Origin: Azolla caroliniana | Taxonomy: Eukaryota > Plantae > Polypodiophyta | Length of the DNA stretch: 64,000 nt | Reading direction: 5' to 3' | NCBI GenBank assembly: GCA_043228905.1 | Contig: JBHGNT010000013.1 | Location: forward strand, 12,462,001 to 12,526,000 | In this document: positions 12,191 through 24,300 of the stretch, in pieces | Layout of the letters: the number at the start of each line of letters is the position of its first letter | Numbering within the stretch: position 1 is the first letter of the stretch | Program-made: the position numbers and the translations under genes | The notes under the pieces: generated by a model | What the model saw: the letters and a program-made list of their open reading frames with translations, nothing else | The model's database searches: none | What the model was told of the DNA's origin: nothing

Positions 12191-15100
12191 TCACTTCGGC
12201 ATGGGATGTCTTTCCAGTCCGATCCTTCTTCGGCATGCTTCCAGCTTGTCGGGTGTGAGTACCTTGGTCAGCATATCCGACCCGTTCTCGTCCGTGTGGA
12301 TCTTCGTCAGCATGAACTCCTTGTCTTCTATCCTTTCCCGGATCCAGTGATATCTTCGCTGGATGTGCTTCGTCCGGGAGTGATAGGCCGCGTTCTTCGC
12401 AAGGTGGATTGCACTCTGACTGTCGCAGTAGAGTCGGTACTCCTCCTGCCGGATACCGAGTTCTCTAATGAAGTCTTTCATCCATATTACTTCCTTGCCG
12501 GCTTCAACAGCCGCCATGTACTCCGCCTCCGTGGTTGACAACGCAACCGTCTTCTGCAGCCTCGACTGCCACGAAACGGCTCCCCCTGCATAGGTCATCA
12601 CATACCCTGATGTGGACCGGCTGGTATCTGCATCAGCCGACATATCCGAATCGGTGAAGCCGTCGAGTTGGGGCTTACCGGAGCCGAATCGGAGGCACAA
12701 GTTTGCCGTGCCCTTCAGGTATCGGAGTATCCACTTGACCGCGTTCCAATGCTCTTTGCCGGGATTGCTCATGTACCGGCTCACCACTCCGACTGCATAT
12801 CCTATGTCCGGTCTCGTACACACCATGGCGTACATCAAGCTCCCGACGGCTGAGGCATACGGCACTTTCATCATATCCTCCTTTTCAGCCTTTGTCTTGG
12901 GACTTTGCTTGCCGGACAGCTTGCAGTTTGCCGGAAGGGTCGATCCGACCGGTCTTGCTTCCGACATGTTGAACCGGTGAAGCACCTTCGTCACGTACTT
13001 CTCTTGTGACAGCCACAACTGCTTCTTCTTCCGGTCCCGAATGATGTGCATCCCTAGTATTTGTCTCGCCGGACCCAGGTCCTTCATTGAGAAGGTTCGG
13101 TGAAGAGCCTTCTTCAGCATCCGTATCTTGACCTGGTCCCGTCCGACGATCAACATGTCGTCCACGTACAGGAGGAGTATTAGAAAGTCTCCTCCTTCGA
13201 ACTTCTTCACAAACACGCAGTGGTCGGACTGCGTTTTGAGGTACCCTTCGTCGGTCATGAAGGAGTCGAACTTCCGGTACCATTGCCGGGGAGCCTGCTT
13301 CAGTCCGTAAAGGCTCTTCTTCAATCGGCATACCAGGTGCTCCTTCCCTTTCTTCTCGAATCCTTCCGGTTGCTGCATGTAGATCTCTTCATCGAGGTCA
13401 CCGTGAAGGAATGCCGTCTTCACGTCCATCTGTTCTACCTCGAGGTCCATGCTTGCCGCTATGCTCAGCACCGTCCGGATGGAGGTCATCTTCACTACCG
13501 GGGCAAATATCTCGTCGAAGTCGACGCCCTTCTTCTGCTGAAACCCCTTCACCACGATCCTGGCTTTGTATCTAGGGGGGTTTCCGGCATCTCCCGGTTT
13601 CAGCTTGAACACCCACTTGTTACGGAGTGCCCGTTTTCCTTTCGGCAACTCCACAAGTTCATATGTGTGGTTCTCATGCAGGGAATCCATCTCCTCCTGC
13701 ATGGCACTTAACCACCTGCGGCTCTGGGTGTCGTGCTTTGCTTCTTCAAAGCTCTCCGGCTCCCCCTCGTCGGTTAGCAGTACGTGCTCTGGTTCCGGAA
13801 ATCTCCGGGGGGCCCTTCTCTCTCTTAGAGGGTATCTCCGTTCCGGAGCTTCGGTAACCGGTTCTTCCGATTCTTCTTCATCCGAATCCATTTCGGGATC
13901 GGGGCCGGTTCCGGTATCATTTTCATCTTCTTCGGCCGGTTCTGTTTCTTCACCGTCTTCGGCCGGATCCTCGAGTGTTAACCGGTCCCTTGCCGGTCGG
14001 GACTGCTCCTCGTAGAGTTTATCCTCACCGGTCGACTTGGAGCTCTTCATCTTCTTCTCCGACTCCCAGTCGGCGAGCGTCTTGTCCTCCATGAAGATGA
14101 TATCTCGACTCCTGAATATCTTCTTGTCGACCGGGTCCCATACCCGGTAGCCGAACTCGTCGTCGCCGTAACCGAGGAATATGCATGGCCGGGTCTTTGG
14201 ATCTAACTTTCCTCTCCGGTCCTTTGCCACATGCACGTATGTGAGACACCCGAACACCTTCAGATGCCGGTAGGACACTTCCTTGCTGGTCCACACTTTC
14301 TGCGGCGTGTCTCCGTCCAAAGGTACTGAGGGTGATCTGTTTATCACGTACGTCGCCGTCGACATTGCCTCAGCCCAAAATCCCTTGGGTAATTTCGCAT
14401 GCGCCAGCATACTCCGGACCCTCTCCATTATGGTCCGGTTCATCCTCTCGGCCAGCCCGTTCAGTTCCGGCGTCTTCGGCACAGTAAACTCGAGCCGGAT
14501 TCCCATCGAACGGCAATACTCCTCAAATTGCCCTCGGTATTCTCCTCCGTTATCCGCTCGTATCGCTTTCAGCTTCTTGCCGGATTCTCTTTCCACTCTC
14601 GCGTGGAGTTCTTTGAAGACGGACAATACTTGGTCCTTTGTCTTCAACGGTGCCGTCCACAGCTTCCGGCTGTGATCATCTATGAATGTTACGAAGTACT
14701 GGGCTCCGCCATGTGACTTCGTTTCTACCTGACACACATCAGTGTGTACCAACTCCAATGGTACACTACGTCTCGTCGGTGGCCTTGAGTGGAAGGAGGT
14801 TCGGTTCTGCTTACCGGCCAGGCAATCGGTGCACTTCTCCAGGTGCACATGCTTCACTGGGATAAGGTTGTCTTCTGCAAGCCTCTTCATCCCCTTCTCA
14901 CTCATGTGGCACAGTCTCTTGTGCCACAGCTCACCGGCAGTGTCGGCTGCCACATTCAACTCTTCCGGACATAACCGGGCATTCATCAGGTACAGTGTGT
15001 TGTCTTTCCGGGCCCGAGCCACTATCAGGTTCCCCTTGCTGAACTTCATGACACCGTTCCGGATGCTACCCGTGTAGCCTTCATCATCTAGCCTCCCGGC

Positions 15101-16264
15101 TGAAATCAGGTTCAGTCGGACCTCCGGAACGTGTCGGACATTCTTCAGCAGCATTTTGCATCCGGTCGGGGTTGTCAACCATACGTCTCCTATGCCGGCA
15201 ATCCGGCACGTACCTTCATTTCCCATCCGGACACAGCCATGCTCACCGGCTGTGTAGGATGAGAAGTATCTTCTCTCCGGGGTCAGGTGGAACGATGCTC
15301 CGGAATCGACCACCCAGGTCGTCTCATCGCCGGCAACGTTTAGCTCACCTTCTTCGGTGATGAGCATGATTTCTTCCTCACTTGCCGCGAGTGCCGTTGT
15401 TCCTTTCCGGTCCTGCCCTCGCCGATCCGAACCTCTCCGGTCCGTGGCTCCCCGGTATGCACCGTTTCTCTCCGGTGACTTCTTCGAGTCGGTGTCGTCG
15501 GCTCCGTTGTCTTTTCGGTAATGCCGACAATTCTTTCGGAAGTGCCCCGGCTTCCCACAGTGGAAGCATGTGGGTCTTCCTCTTGACTGCGACCGGGTCC
15601 CCGACTTCTCCCGTCTTTGCGGACTCCGGTTCCATTGTCTTCCCCGATCCGATTCGGTAAACAGCATCTTCGGGTCGGAGGCCGGTTCCTTATCTCTCCG
15701 ACGCGCTTCTTCATTCAGAATACTTGTCTTTACAGTTTGTAAGGACAAGTTATCTTCGGTGCACGAGGTGCTGAGAGTCACCACCAAGTTCTCCCAGCTT
15801 TCCGGCAATGTACACATCAGAATGATGGCTTGCATTGCATCCTCCAGCGGGAACTTGATCGCCGCAAGCTGGTTCACGAATCCCATGAACGTGCTTACGT
15901 GTTCCACCATACTCTCGCCGTCCCGGTACTTGAGATTCACTATCTTCCTCATCAGGGAGGTCCGGTTCAACGCATTCTTCCTCTCATAGAGGCCCGACAG
16001 CTTCTTCCACATCTCGTATGCGTTGGTGTCGTTCGCCACATGTTGTAGGACGCTTACATCGACGTATTGTCGGATCGTCGCTACGGCTTTCCGGTTCAGG
16101 AGCTTCCACTCCGACTCAAGTACCCCTTTCGGTATTTCCGACCTGTCAATCGGTTCGTACAGGTCCCGAACAATCAGAAGATCCTCCATCTTGATCTTCC
16201 AGTCGGCGTAATTCTGTGCATTCAGCACCATCATCATCGGCTGCCCGCTGCCGCCGCCTTCCAT
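12191..16264 (-). CDS. Copia Gag-Pol polyprotein (~1357 aa from ATG 16264)
   Basis: CFHCGKPGHFRKNC knuckle, WVVDSGASFH protease, WHKRLCH..C..C and DNGGEY/ELNGLAER integrase, QMDVKTAFLHG and YVDDML RT, FTDSD..EAEY..CDSQSA RNase H. Confidence 0.95.
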   Translation of the reverse strand: MEGGGSGQPMMMVLNAQNYADWKIKMEDLLIVRDLYEPIDRSEIPKGVLESEWKLLNRKAVATIRQYVDVSVLQHVANDTNAYEMWKKLSGLYERKNALNRTSLMRKIVNLKYRDGESMVEHVSTFMGFVNQLAAIKFPLEDAMQAIILMCTLPESWENLVVTLSTSCTEDNLSLQTVKTSILNEEARRRDKEPASDPKMLFTESDRGRQWNRSPQRREKSGTRSQSRGRPTCFHCGKPGHFRKNCRHYRKDNGADDTDSKKSPERNGAYRGATDRRGSDRRGQDRKGTTALAASEEEIMLITEEGELNVAGDETTWVVDSGASFHLTPERRYFSSYTAGEHGCVRMGNEGTCRIAGIGDVWLTTPTGCKMLLKNVRHVPEVRLNLISAGRLDDEGYTGSIRNGVMKFSKGNLIVARARKDNTLYLMNARLCPEELNVAADTAGELWHKRLCHMSEKGMKRLAEDNLIPVKHVHLEKCTDCLAGKQNRTSFHSRPPTRRSVPLELVHTDVCQVETKSHGGAQYFVTFIDDHSRKLWTAPLKTKDQVLSVFKELHARVERESGKKLKAIRADNGGEYRGQFEEYCRSMGIRLEFTVPKTPELNGLAERMNRTIMERVRSMLAHAKLPKGFWAEAMSTATYVINRSPSVPLDGDTPQKVWTSKEVSYRHLKVFGCLTYVHVAKDRRGKLDPKTRPCIFLGYGDDEFGYRVWDPVDKKIFRSRDIIFMEDKTLADWESEKKMKSSKSTGEDKLYEEQSRPARDRLTLEDPAEDGEETEPAEEDENDTGTGPDPEMDSDEEESEEPVTEAPERRYPLRERRAPRRFPEPEHVLLTDEGEPESFEEAKHDTQSRRWLSAMQEEMDSLHENHTYELVELPKGKRALRNKWVFKLKPGDAGNPPRYKARIVVKGFQQKKGVDFDEIFAPVVKMTSIRTVLSIAASMDLEVEQMDVKTAFLHGDLDEEIYMQQPEGFEKKGKEHLVCRLKKSLYGLKQAPRQWYRKFDSFMTDEGYLKTQSDHCVFVKKFEGGDFLILLLYVDDMLIVGRDQVKIRMLKKALHRTFSMKDLGPARQILGMHIIRDRKKKQLWLSQEKYVTKVLHRFNMSEARPVGSTLPANCKLSGKQSPKTKAEKEDMMKVPYASAVGSLMYAMVCTRPDIGYAVGVVSRYMSNPGKEHWNAVKWILRYLKGTANLCLRFGSGKPQLDGFTDSDMSADADTSRSTSGYVMTYAGGAVSWQSRLQKTVALSTTEAEYMAAVEAGKEVIWMKDFIRELGIRQEEYRLYCDSQSAIHLAKNAAYHSRTKHIQRRYHWIRERIEDKEFMLTKIHTDENGSDMLTKVLTPDKLEACRRRIGLERHPMPK

Positions 16265-16293
16265 TTTCCGCAACAGTCGCTCTGATACCACTT

Positions 16294-16919
16294 TGTTGGG
16301 AATCAACGCTTGGATTCACCTTCACCACTCGGCCACAACCGATTAATCGCGGATCAATGTAGCAGTAAATAGGAAATACAGAGAAAGACACGATACACAG
16401 GGATTAACGTGGAAAACCCTATACGGGAAAAACCACGGGAGTGCGAGACTCCAAACCAAACTATGCACAGAGAAATATACAATGGCGAGCTGCAAGGCAA
16501 CGACCTTGAGCTCGCTGTCCTCGCCACAGGCGGCTGAAATACACAGAGGCGTCTACCTCTTCGTCTCTCTCGCGCTCTATCTCTCTCTCTCTCTCGGCTG
16601 CTCTCTCTTCACTCCTCTTGAGTGGAAAAACAGAAAAACAATAGGCAACACTAAAACAGTTTGCCCTAAGTCATATTTATACTTATATGACTTTGGGCTA
16701 TTTACAACTATAGCCTCAGGGGCCCATAGCGAACATATTACGGGTATGTCCCTGCATCCGAATCGCTCTCCGGGTCTTCATCATCCGGTTCCGTAACCGG
16801 GGTCTTCATCATCCGGTTCCGTAACCGGGGTCTTCATCATCCGGTTCCGTAACCGGGGTCTTCATCATCCGATTCCCGGATATCCGACCATCCCATCCGG
16901 AGGGACCGTAATCCCAACA
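16294..16919 (-). repeat. 5' LTR of Copia F (626 bp)
   Basis: Adjacent to the PBS; three full copies of the 28-bp unit GGGTCTTCATCATCCGGTTCCGTAACCG. Confidence 0.95.
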
Positions 16920-16952
16920 TTACTGACACACACGAAAGACAGAGTTTCAAAT

Positions 16953-17439
16953 GCCTTTGTGAAAAGAGAGGTGCATGGGCAAGCCCAAACGCTCCCTTGT
17001 TACAAAACATGTGAACACACAAGCAAGGTTTATACACGGGAGACACAAATTTCGAACGCCTTTGTGAAAGGAGAGGTGCAAGCCCAAACTCTCCCTTGCC
17101 ACAAGTCGCACGAACACACAAGCAAGATTTACACTAACACGCAAGACACGTAAGTTTGAATGCCTTTGTGAAAGGAGAGGTGCATGGGCAAGCCCGAAAC
17201 ACTCCCTTGTCACAAGGCACACAAACATATAAGCACAAATGACAATAACATATAAGACACGTAAGTTTGAATGCCTTTGTGAAAGGAGAGGTGCATGGGC
17301 AAGCCCGAAACGATCCCTTGTCACAAGGCACACAAATAGATAAGCACAAATGACAATAACATATAAGACACATAAGTTTGAATGCCTCTATGAAAGGAGA
17401 GGAGCATGGGCAAGCCCAAAACGATCCCTTGTCACAAGA
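16953..17439. repeat. 104-111-bp tandem array inside LTR E (5 units here, another near 11470)
   Basis: Core GCCTTTGTGAAAGGAGAGGTGCATGGGCAAGCCC at 16953, 17058, 17162, 17273 and 17384. Confidence 0.85.
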
Positions 17440-18001
17440 TGACGGGATCTCAATACTCCTTATGTCCAACGCTCGGCCACAACCGAGATTCTTTTCATAC
17501 ACAGAAAACGGGAAACAAATGCACGACACAAAGGAGAGAAAAAGGTAGATAGGATGTTTACGTGGAAAACCCAAACTGAGGGAAAAACCACGGCAGCCCA
17601 CAGGCTGCAAACTATCACTATATTGGAATGTACAAACAGTGAGTTCACGGAGGCAACAACCTCGTGCTCACGATCTTCACCACAGGCGGCGGTTACAACA
17701 GAGGCAACGACCTCGTTCTCTCTCTCTCTCAACCTATACACTGTTACACGCTCTCTCTTCTTGCACCAACAAGAAAATGACAACAACTACAACTCATACT
17801 AAAAGTTTGCCCTAAGTCATATTTATACTAATATGACTTTTCGGCTATTTACAAATATAGTCTCTTCATCCGGTTCATACCGGGTCTGCACCATCCGGCT
17901 CTCCGTAGTCGGGTACTCCTCATACGGTTTCGGCCTCGGCCGAGCTTGTTCATTAGCACTGTTCTTCTCCCTTCCCATCCGGAGGGACCTGTCTCCCAAC
18001 A
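17440..18001 (-). mobile_element. Copia solo LTR (562 bp), related to the F LTR
   Basis: TG...CA; TSD CAAGA (17435-17439 / 18002-18006); shares CCATCCGGAGGGACC and GTTTGCCCTAAGTCATATTTATAC with the F LTR. Confidence 0.9.
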
Positions 18002-18715
18002 CAAGACACACAAACAAATAAGCACAAACGATAATAACATATAAGATAGGAAGGTGAAACCAAACATTAGTTTATTGCAATATAACAGATTCTTTTATAA
18101 AATAAGAATCAATTTTACAACGGGTTTGATATGAATATGAGAGATAATTTATAAAGGAAGGCGGAAGAGAGGTAGAGGAAAGAAGAGAGTGGAGTATAAA
18201 AGAAGGTGATTCTTTGTTGATGATGCCTCTCGATGTTCTTGATCCTTCTTCTTTTGCATTCCAATTGAGTAGAGCTTCCACATTCCTTCTCCCTCCCCCC
18301 CTTCTTCTTAAGAATAAGTTCTTATTTATAGGTTTAGCATTGGTTGCCTTTTTTTCCCCTAAAAGTTTGTCTATATGAGTCGAGTTTTCTTTTCATCACT
18401 ATTTCTGTTACGTAATGTCAAATCTGACATGCAAGCTATTCTTGGAAATTTCTTTGTGTTAGCTTTCTTATGCATCTGTCCTTTTCTAATTTGGACATCG
18501 GACGAGAAAATTACGAGCTTTTGACTCTACCTTGCTCCTCATATCCACGCCTAGCTTTTCTATTCCCATCTTTTTCTCTACTTTCGAAAACCGCTTGTAA
18601 CTTTTTATCCTTTCATGTATTAATATAGTTGACTTAACAACATTAGTTTATTTGGACTACTATTTTATTCTCTTTTGAGGGTGGTTTCGCACTATGTGTC
18701 AAAAACATCACGACA

Positions 18716-21357
18716 TCGGGCTCGACCGGTTCGACCTCCAGTTGAGTCGGATTAGCTTCTTTCCGGATCGGTCTTGTCCGATCGGCTTCCGGCTGGAACG
18801 ATTTCTGTCTGGGTCGAGTGCGACCGATCAGATTTCAGCCGAATCCACTTCCACTTGGTTCGTCTTTCGTTTAGGCTAGAATTTTGGCCGAATCATCTTC
18901 CGTCTGAACCCACTCCCGGCTCTACATTCCTTGCTGCCACCTCTCGTCTCTTCGGTCTCACGTTGGTTCTCGAAGACAGCCGCCGATGTCTGTAGAATCC
19001 TTGGTATTACCGTCCTCCATTGTTTCTCCCATAGCCACCTTCTCGGCTATCTCTCCATCGTAGGCATCGACTTTGACCTTTTTTTTCTCTCAGCCACCTT
19101 CTGTCTCTTTGGTCTCACGTTGCCTTTCAGACACAATTGCCAAAGTCTATGGAATTAGAGAGGTGGGAAAGTCTCGACACGGCCATTCGCCATTGACTCA
19201 TCCATAGCCACCTTCAACTTGATGTCTTTTTTCATGGCTACCTCCTCAATCACGTCCGTCGGGCACTCTTTATGTTTGTTGATGCAAGCTTTGATTAGGC
19301 TTGCTCCATCATCCGATGTTTTGAACATGACGCGTGTTCCGAAACATTCGTCCTCTCTCGAAGTGGCCTTCGCCGTCCTCGAATGATCATCAATCTTCTT
19401 TTCATCCAAGTTGCTTTGTTTAGGCGGCTCGACTTCTTTAGATGGTCTTGTTTTTTCTACGCTTGACCTTCCCAAGTCAATATCATCAAGCCATTGACGA
19501 CGCCTATCGAACTTGTTGTACGCTCTCTTTACCACAACCTAGTTTGCCAGAAGCCCGTTCACTTGGGTATCATTTTCAAGGAGAGTCCCCAATTCTCGTC
19601 TATCCTTCATATCCACAGCCTTTCAGGAAGTACAAAGTCTTGTCCTCAAGCAACACTTGGTCCGTGGCGGGGAGACAACTAAACATCTAATCAAACTCAT
19701 CGTATACCCTCGAGGCGCTCATCTTCTTATTTTTCTTCTCTATCCACTTCATCAACTCATGTCGCGTCATCCTCGACAAATCTTCCGTCACGAACTCTGC
19801 TAATATTGCTTTCTCGAACTCGGTCCATGTTGTCTTCCCTTTTTGAAGCTCGATGACCCATCTTTGGATGTTGTTTGCGACAACTCTCTTGAAACTTGAG
19901 ATTTGACATGCTTCAGACACGTCCCTCTGATTCATCTCCCTTTTGTATGCATCAAGGAACTTCGTAATGTTCCTTCCATCAAATTGACCCTCAATCTCCA
20001 CAACATGGTGTTGTGTTGTTACGCTCTCACGTGTGAAATGAGGCGGGACCGCGGGGGCCCTAAACCAAGGAGCGTGGGAAAGAAGAGGGAGAGCGACTCA
20101 CAGAAACGCAGAGATAGAGATGGAACAGAAGATTTAATTACGATGTCAATCAACGATTACAACTAGCAAACCGGCAACAGACCCTAAACGGAGGTCCCAC
20201 ACACACACACACGGACGACACAGAGAACGCACGGTGGAGCCTCTGCTAGAAGCACACGGGCTTACACGCAACAGAGGTAACCGACACAGAAACGTAGTGG
20301 AGAGCAACGGTGGAGGAGGAGAGAGCTTGGTCCCAGTCCGACAACACTTCGTCCTTGCCAAAACACGATATTATATTATTCTTCTCCCCTCCCTTTTATA
20401 GGTCGCCGAGGAGACCGTTACATCAAAACATATCAACTTTATTCTCTGTCCTTTCGGACAGAGATACGCATCGATTCCCTAGACAATTAATACTCTTCCT
20501 AGTACATATGTACATCAGCCGATCTATTCCTAGCTATGCTCAATTCATAAACACACACACACGCGAAAAGGATTGGGTCACGCCTCCTCCCCTTGATTCC
20601 TCCTAGGGGCGGTTTTCTCCACGACAACTTGAGATTTGACGTGCTTCAGACACATCCCTCTGATTCATCTCCCTTTTGTATGCATCAAGGAACTTCGTAA
20701 TGTTCCTTCCATCAAATTGACCCTCGATCTCCACAACATGGTCGACGGCCTTCTCCACGCTCACATCGTTGTCCCGAGATCTCATCATTTGTTCGACGAT
20801 TACCATCATCCTTTCGAACTCTCCCACTTGATTGCTTCAGGATGCCATCTCCAAGTATCGGTCGATCCTCATCTTGATCCTTCTTACCACTTCTTCACGT
20901 CTGGTTCACCAAGAAATATGTGAAGGAAATCCTCGTGTGTTCACAAAATGAAGCAGAACCACTAGGGTTTCTGGACCAGAAGGATTCGATGTTTTCAACA
21001 GCATAAGCGAGGAAGTATTGAAGATAGATAGATGGAGGGAGGGAGGGAGAAAGAGATTGAGATAAAGATTGAACCCTGGAATTTAGTTTTACGAGCAGTT
21101 GGTAGTAGCTTTAGTGGTAAGTTAATTTCCTCCCATCTTGGAGGTGCAAGGTTAAAGCCTTGCTTGCACCCCTCTGTATGCACTACACATGTTTAACTTT
21201 GCATCTAGATTTTCTTTTATGATTCTCAATTCAGTCCTATTTACAACATGCTAGCATATGCGTGTGGCCTTCATCCCTTTCGCACATGCACATTGCACCT
21301 TCTCGATTTCATTCATTGCACAGAATTTTCACACCATTGCCGAAGATCTTCACGACA
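18716..21357 (-). mobile_element. Degenerate Gypsy M (gag remnant, tRNA-Trp PBS 20894-20911, LTR ~20919-21357), inserted in the 5' LTR of Copia G
   Basis: gag fragments (FDGRNITKFLDAYKREMNQRDVSEA) closely match gag of I; PBS TTCACGTCTGGTTCACCA; LTR end ATCTTCACGACA. Confidence 0.8.
20009..20626 (-). mobile_element. Gypsy solo LTR (A/L-like) inside gag of M
   Basis: Minus strand starts TGTCGTGGAGAAAACCG and ends CGTAACAACACAACA; flanked by a 115-bp direct duplication. Confidence 0.85.
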
Positions 21358-24300
21358 TCGAATTGGATGGATCCGGTGTGAACCAGATCCAGGGACATAT
21401 CTATAAATATGTTTCTAGTGTGCCTATCATGGCCATATTTGTAAATAGTCCTAAAGTCATATAAGTATAAATATGACTTAGGGAAAGCACTTTGTAGAGG
21501 GTTTCTGTCATTATTGTAGTATAGACACACACACACACACACACGACGAGATACAGAAAGTTTTTCTATTGTAACCACAAGTTGGCGAAGACATAGGGCT
21601 TAAGGCCGTCGCCTCTGAGTCACACATTGTATCCTCTTCTTATGGTGATAGTTGGATTCTTTGGGCTCCCGTGGTTTTTCCCTAATAGGGTTTTCCACGT
21701 TAACATCTTGTTTCCTCTCTGTTGTCTATGTAAGTGTATTAACCTCCATTTATGTTCTAGATCTTCCATTGAGTGTTTAAGACTCAGTTGTGGCTGAGCC
21801 CAATTTCACACACTCTTGTATCAGAGCAAGGTTCTAAACCTTGAAAAAAATGGAAGAGTCATTCAGAAGCATGTTCAAGCTCACCGGCTCCAACTACCCA
21901 GTGTGGAAGTCAAAGATGAGGTACATGCTCGTGGTCAAAGATCTCTGGCTGCCGGTACAGTTCAAGGACAAGAAACCAATAAAGATCGATGCCACGACGT
22001 GGAAGGTGATGCATATGAAGACGACGGCATACATTAGATGCTTCATCGACATGAGCCTATACAACAACTTCACAGAAGAAAGCAAGGCTCATGTACTTTG
22101 GGAGAAAATCAATACCATATTGGAGAGTAAAAATGTCGTAAATCGGGGTTCGGTATTGCGGAAGTTACTGAGACTCCGGTACCAGGACGGATCCAGCATA
22201 GCAGAGCACATGAATGCATTCCAAGGGCTCATAAATAAAACAACCTCGCTGGAAGTACCTCTAGCCGACGAGGTACTTGCGTTGCTCCTGCTCGGTTCCC
22301 TCCCGAATAGTTGGGAAACGCTAGTTGTCATTTTCAGCAATGCCAGGCCGGAAGGAAAACAGTTGTCCCTCACAAGGGTAAAATCAAGCTTGCTAGATGA
22401 AGAAGCTTGTCGGAAGGACCGGGAGTCCAAACTGATCCAAAGGCCTTGGTTACGGAAGACGACCATAATCGGGGAAGAGGCCGAAATCAGAGTCCCCAGA
22501 ACCGGGACAAATAAGGGACGAGGTGGAAGTTAAGGGGGAGGCCCACTTGCTTTTATTGCGGAAAATCGGGGCACTTCCAGAAAAACTGCTGACACATTCG
22601 GAAACCAAAGGGGGAGCCGACGTTCCGAAACTGAAGAAGATTTCAGAAAGCAGAGGAACGTCGGCAATCGCGACAACTGAAGAAGAACTATTGCTAATCA
22701 CCGAGGAGAGTGAGTTGCATCTTGTTAGCGATGAAACGACATGGGTGGTCAACTCTGGACTGTCATTCCACCTAACTCCCGACAAGAAGTCCTTCTCATC
22801 GTACAGAGCCAGAGATCACAATTCTGTTTGGATGGGAAATGAAGGTGCATGAAGAATTGTTGGCATAGGAGATGTGTGGTTGACAACATCAACTAGGTGC
22901 AAGTTGCTGTTGAAGGATGTCTGGCATGTTCCGGAGATTCGATTGAACCTGATATCAGCCGGTCGGCGAGATGATGAAGGCTACACAAGTAGCATCCGAA
23001 ACGGAGTCATGAAATTTTGCAAAGGGAGCCTGATCGTGGCTCGAGCCCGAAAGATCAACACACTATACCTGATGCATGCTTGAATCTGTCGGGAGGAAGT
23101 GAATGTGGCATCCAAAAATGCCGGTGAGTTGTAGCACAAGAGGTTGTGCCACATGAGCCAGAACGGGATGAGAAGACTTGCTGAATAGAGTCATGAAGTG
23201 AGCCTGATCGTGGCTCAAGCCCGAAAGATCAACACATTGTACTTGATGCATGCCTGGATCTGCCAGGAGGAAGTGAGCGTGGCATCCAAAAATGCTGGTG
23301 AGTTGTAGCACAAGAGGTTGTGCCACATGAGCTAGAACGGGATGAGAAGACTTGTCAAAGATAACCTCATTCTGTAGGTGAAAGACGTGCATCTTGAGAA
23401 GTGCACCGATTGCTTGGCCGGTAGGTAGAACCAAACCTCTTTCCAGTCGAGACCACCATCGAGATGGAATGCACCATTGATTGGAACTTGTGCATACCGA
23501 TGTATGCCAAGTGGACACAAAGTAACATACCGGATCGCAATACTTCATGACATTCATAGACAAACACAGTCGGGATTTGTGGGTCTGATCGCTGAAGACG
23601 AAGGACCAGGTGTTATCCGTCTTCAAGGAATTCCAAGCGAGGGTGCAAAGGGAAACCAGCTGGAAATTGAAGGTGGTTCGAGCAGACGACGAAGGAGAAT
23701 GTGGGGGGCAGTTCGTGGAGTACTGTCGGTCGAAGGGAATCTGGCTCGAATTTATCGTGTTGAAGATGCCGAAACTAAATAGATTAGCCGAAAGGATGAA
23801 CTGAACCCTGACAGAGAGAATCTAGAGCATGTTGGCACATGCTAAGCTGCCCAAGATGTTTTGGAAACTAAATGGATTAGCCGAAAGGATGAACTGAACC
23901 CTGACAGAGAGAATCTGGAGCATGTTGGCACATGCTAAGCTGCCCAAGATGTTTTGGGTTGAGGCGCTAATGACAGCGACGTACATGATAAACAAATCAT
24001 CCTCAACACCTTTGGAAGGAAACTCGCGCAGAAAGTATGGACAGATAAAGATGTGTCTTACGGTTCTCTGAAGGTGTTCGGATGTCTCGCTTACGTGCAT
24101 GTTGCAAAGGACAAGAGGTCAAAGTTGGATCTGAAGTCCCAACCATGCATATTCCTTGGAAATGGTGATGATGAGTTCGGCTACCGAGTGTGGGACATGG
24201 TCAACAAGAAGGTCTTCCGGAGTCGAGACATAGTATTCATGGAAGACAAGAACATTGCCGGATGAGAGTCAAAGAAGAAGATAATGGACTCTGGGCCGAC

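Larger units (their letters stand above)
11583..16919 (-). mobile_element. Intact, young Ty1/Copia LTR retrotransposon F (Tnt1/Tork-like)
   Basis: TG...CA LTRs at 11583-12180 and 16294-16919; perfect 5-bp TSD TTACT (11578-11582 / 16920-16924); Met-i PBS TGGTATCAGAGC at 16279-16290; PPT at 12181-12194; uninterrupted gag-pol. Confidence 0.97.
11347..18715 (-). mobile_element. Gypsy-family LTR E (~1.46 kb net), split by Copia F and a solo LTR
   Basis: The first 49 bp match the LTR I terminus (TGTCGTGAA.ATCCGTCACTA..GCGGATCGTGAGGCGGAACCGCC). The end at 18715 (...CATCACGACA) resembles the other LTR I terminus. TATA-like CTATAAATAAG on the minus strand near 18320-18332. Boundaries are uncertain; an alternative start is 11396. 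Confidence 0.55.

Noticed and set aside
12206-16285. Many overlapping antisense ORFs within Copia F (likewise in I, J, K, L)
   Set aside because: Shadow ORFs of codon-biased gag-pol.
16953-17439. CRISPR-like repeat-spacer appearance
   Set aside because: The intervening segments are homologous to each other, there are no cas genes and the context is eukaryotic TE DNA, so it is a tandem array.
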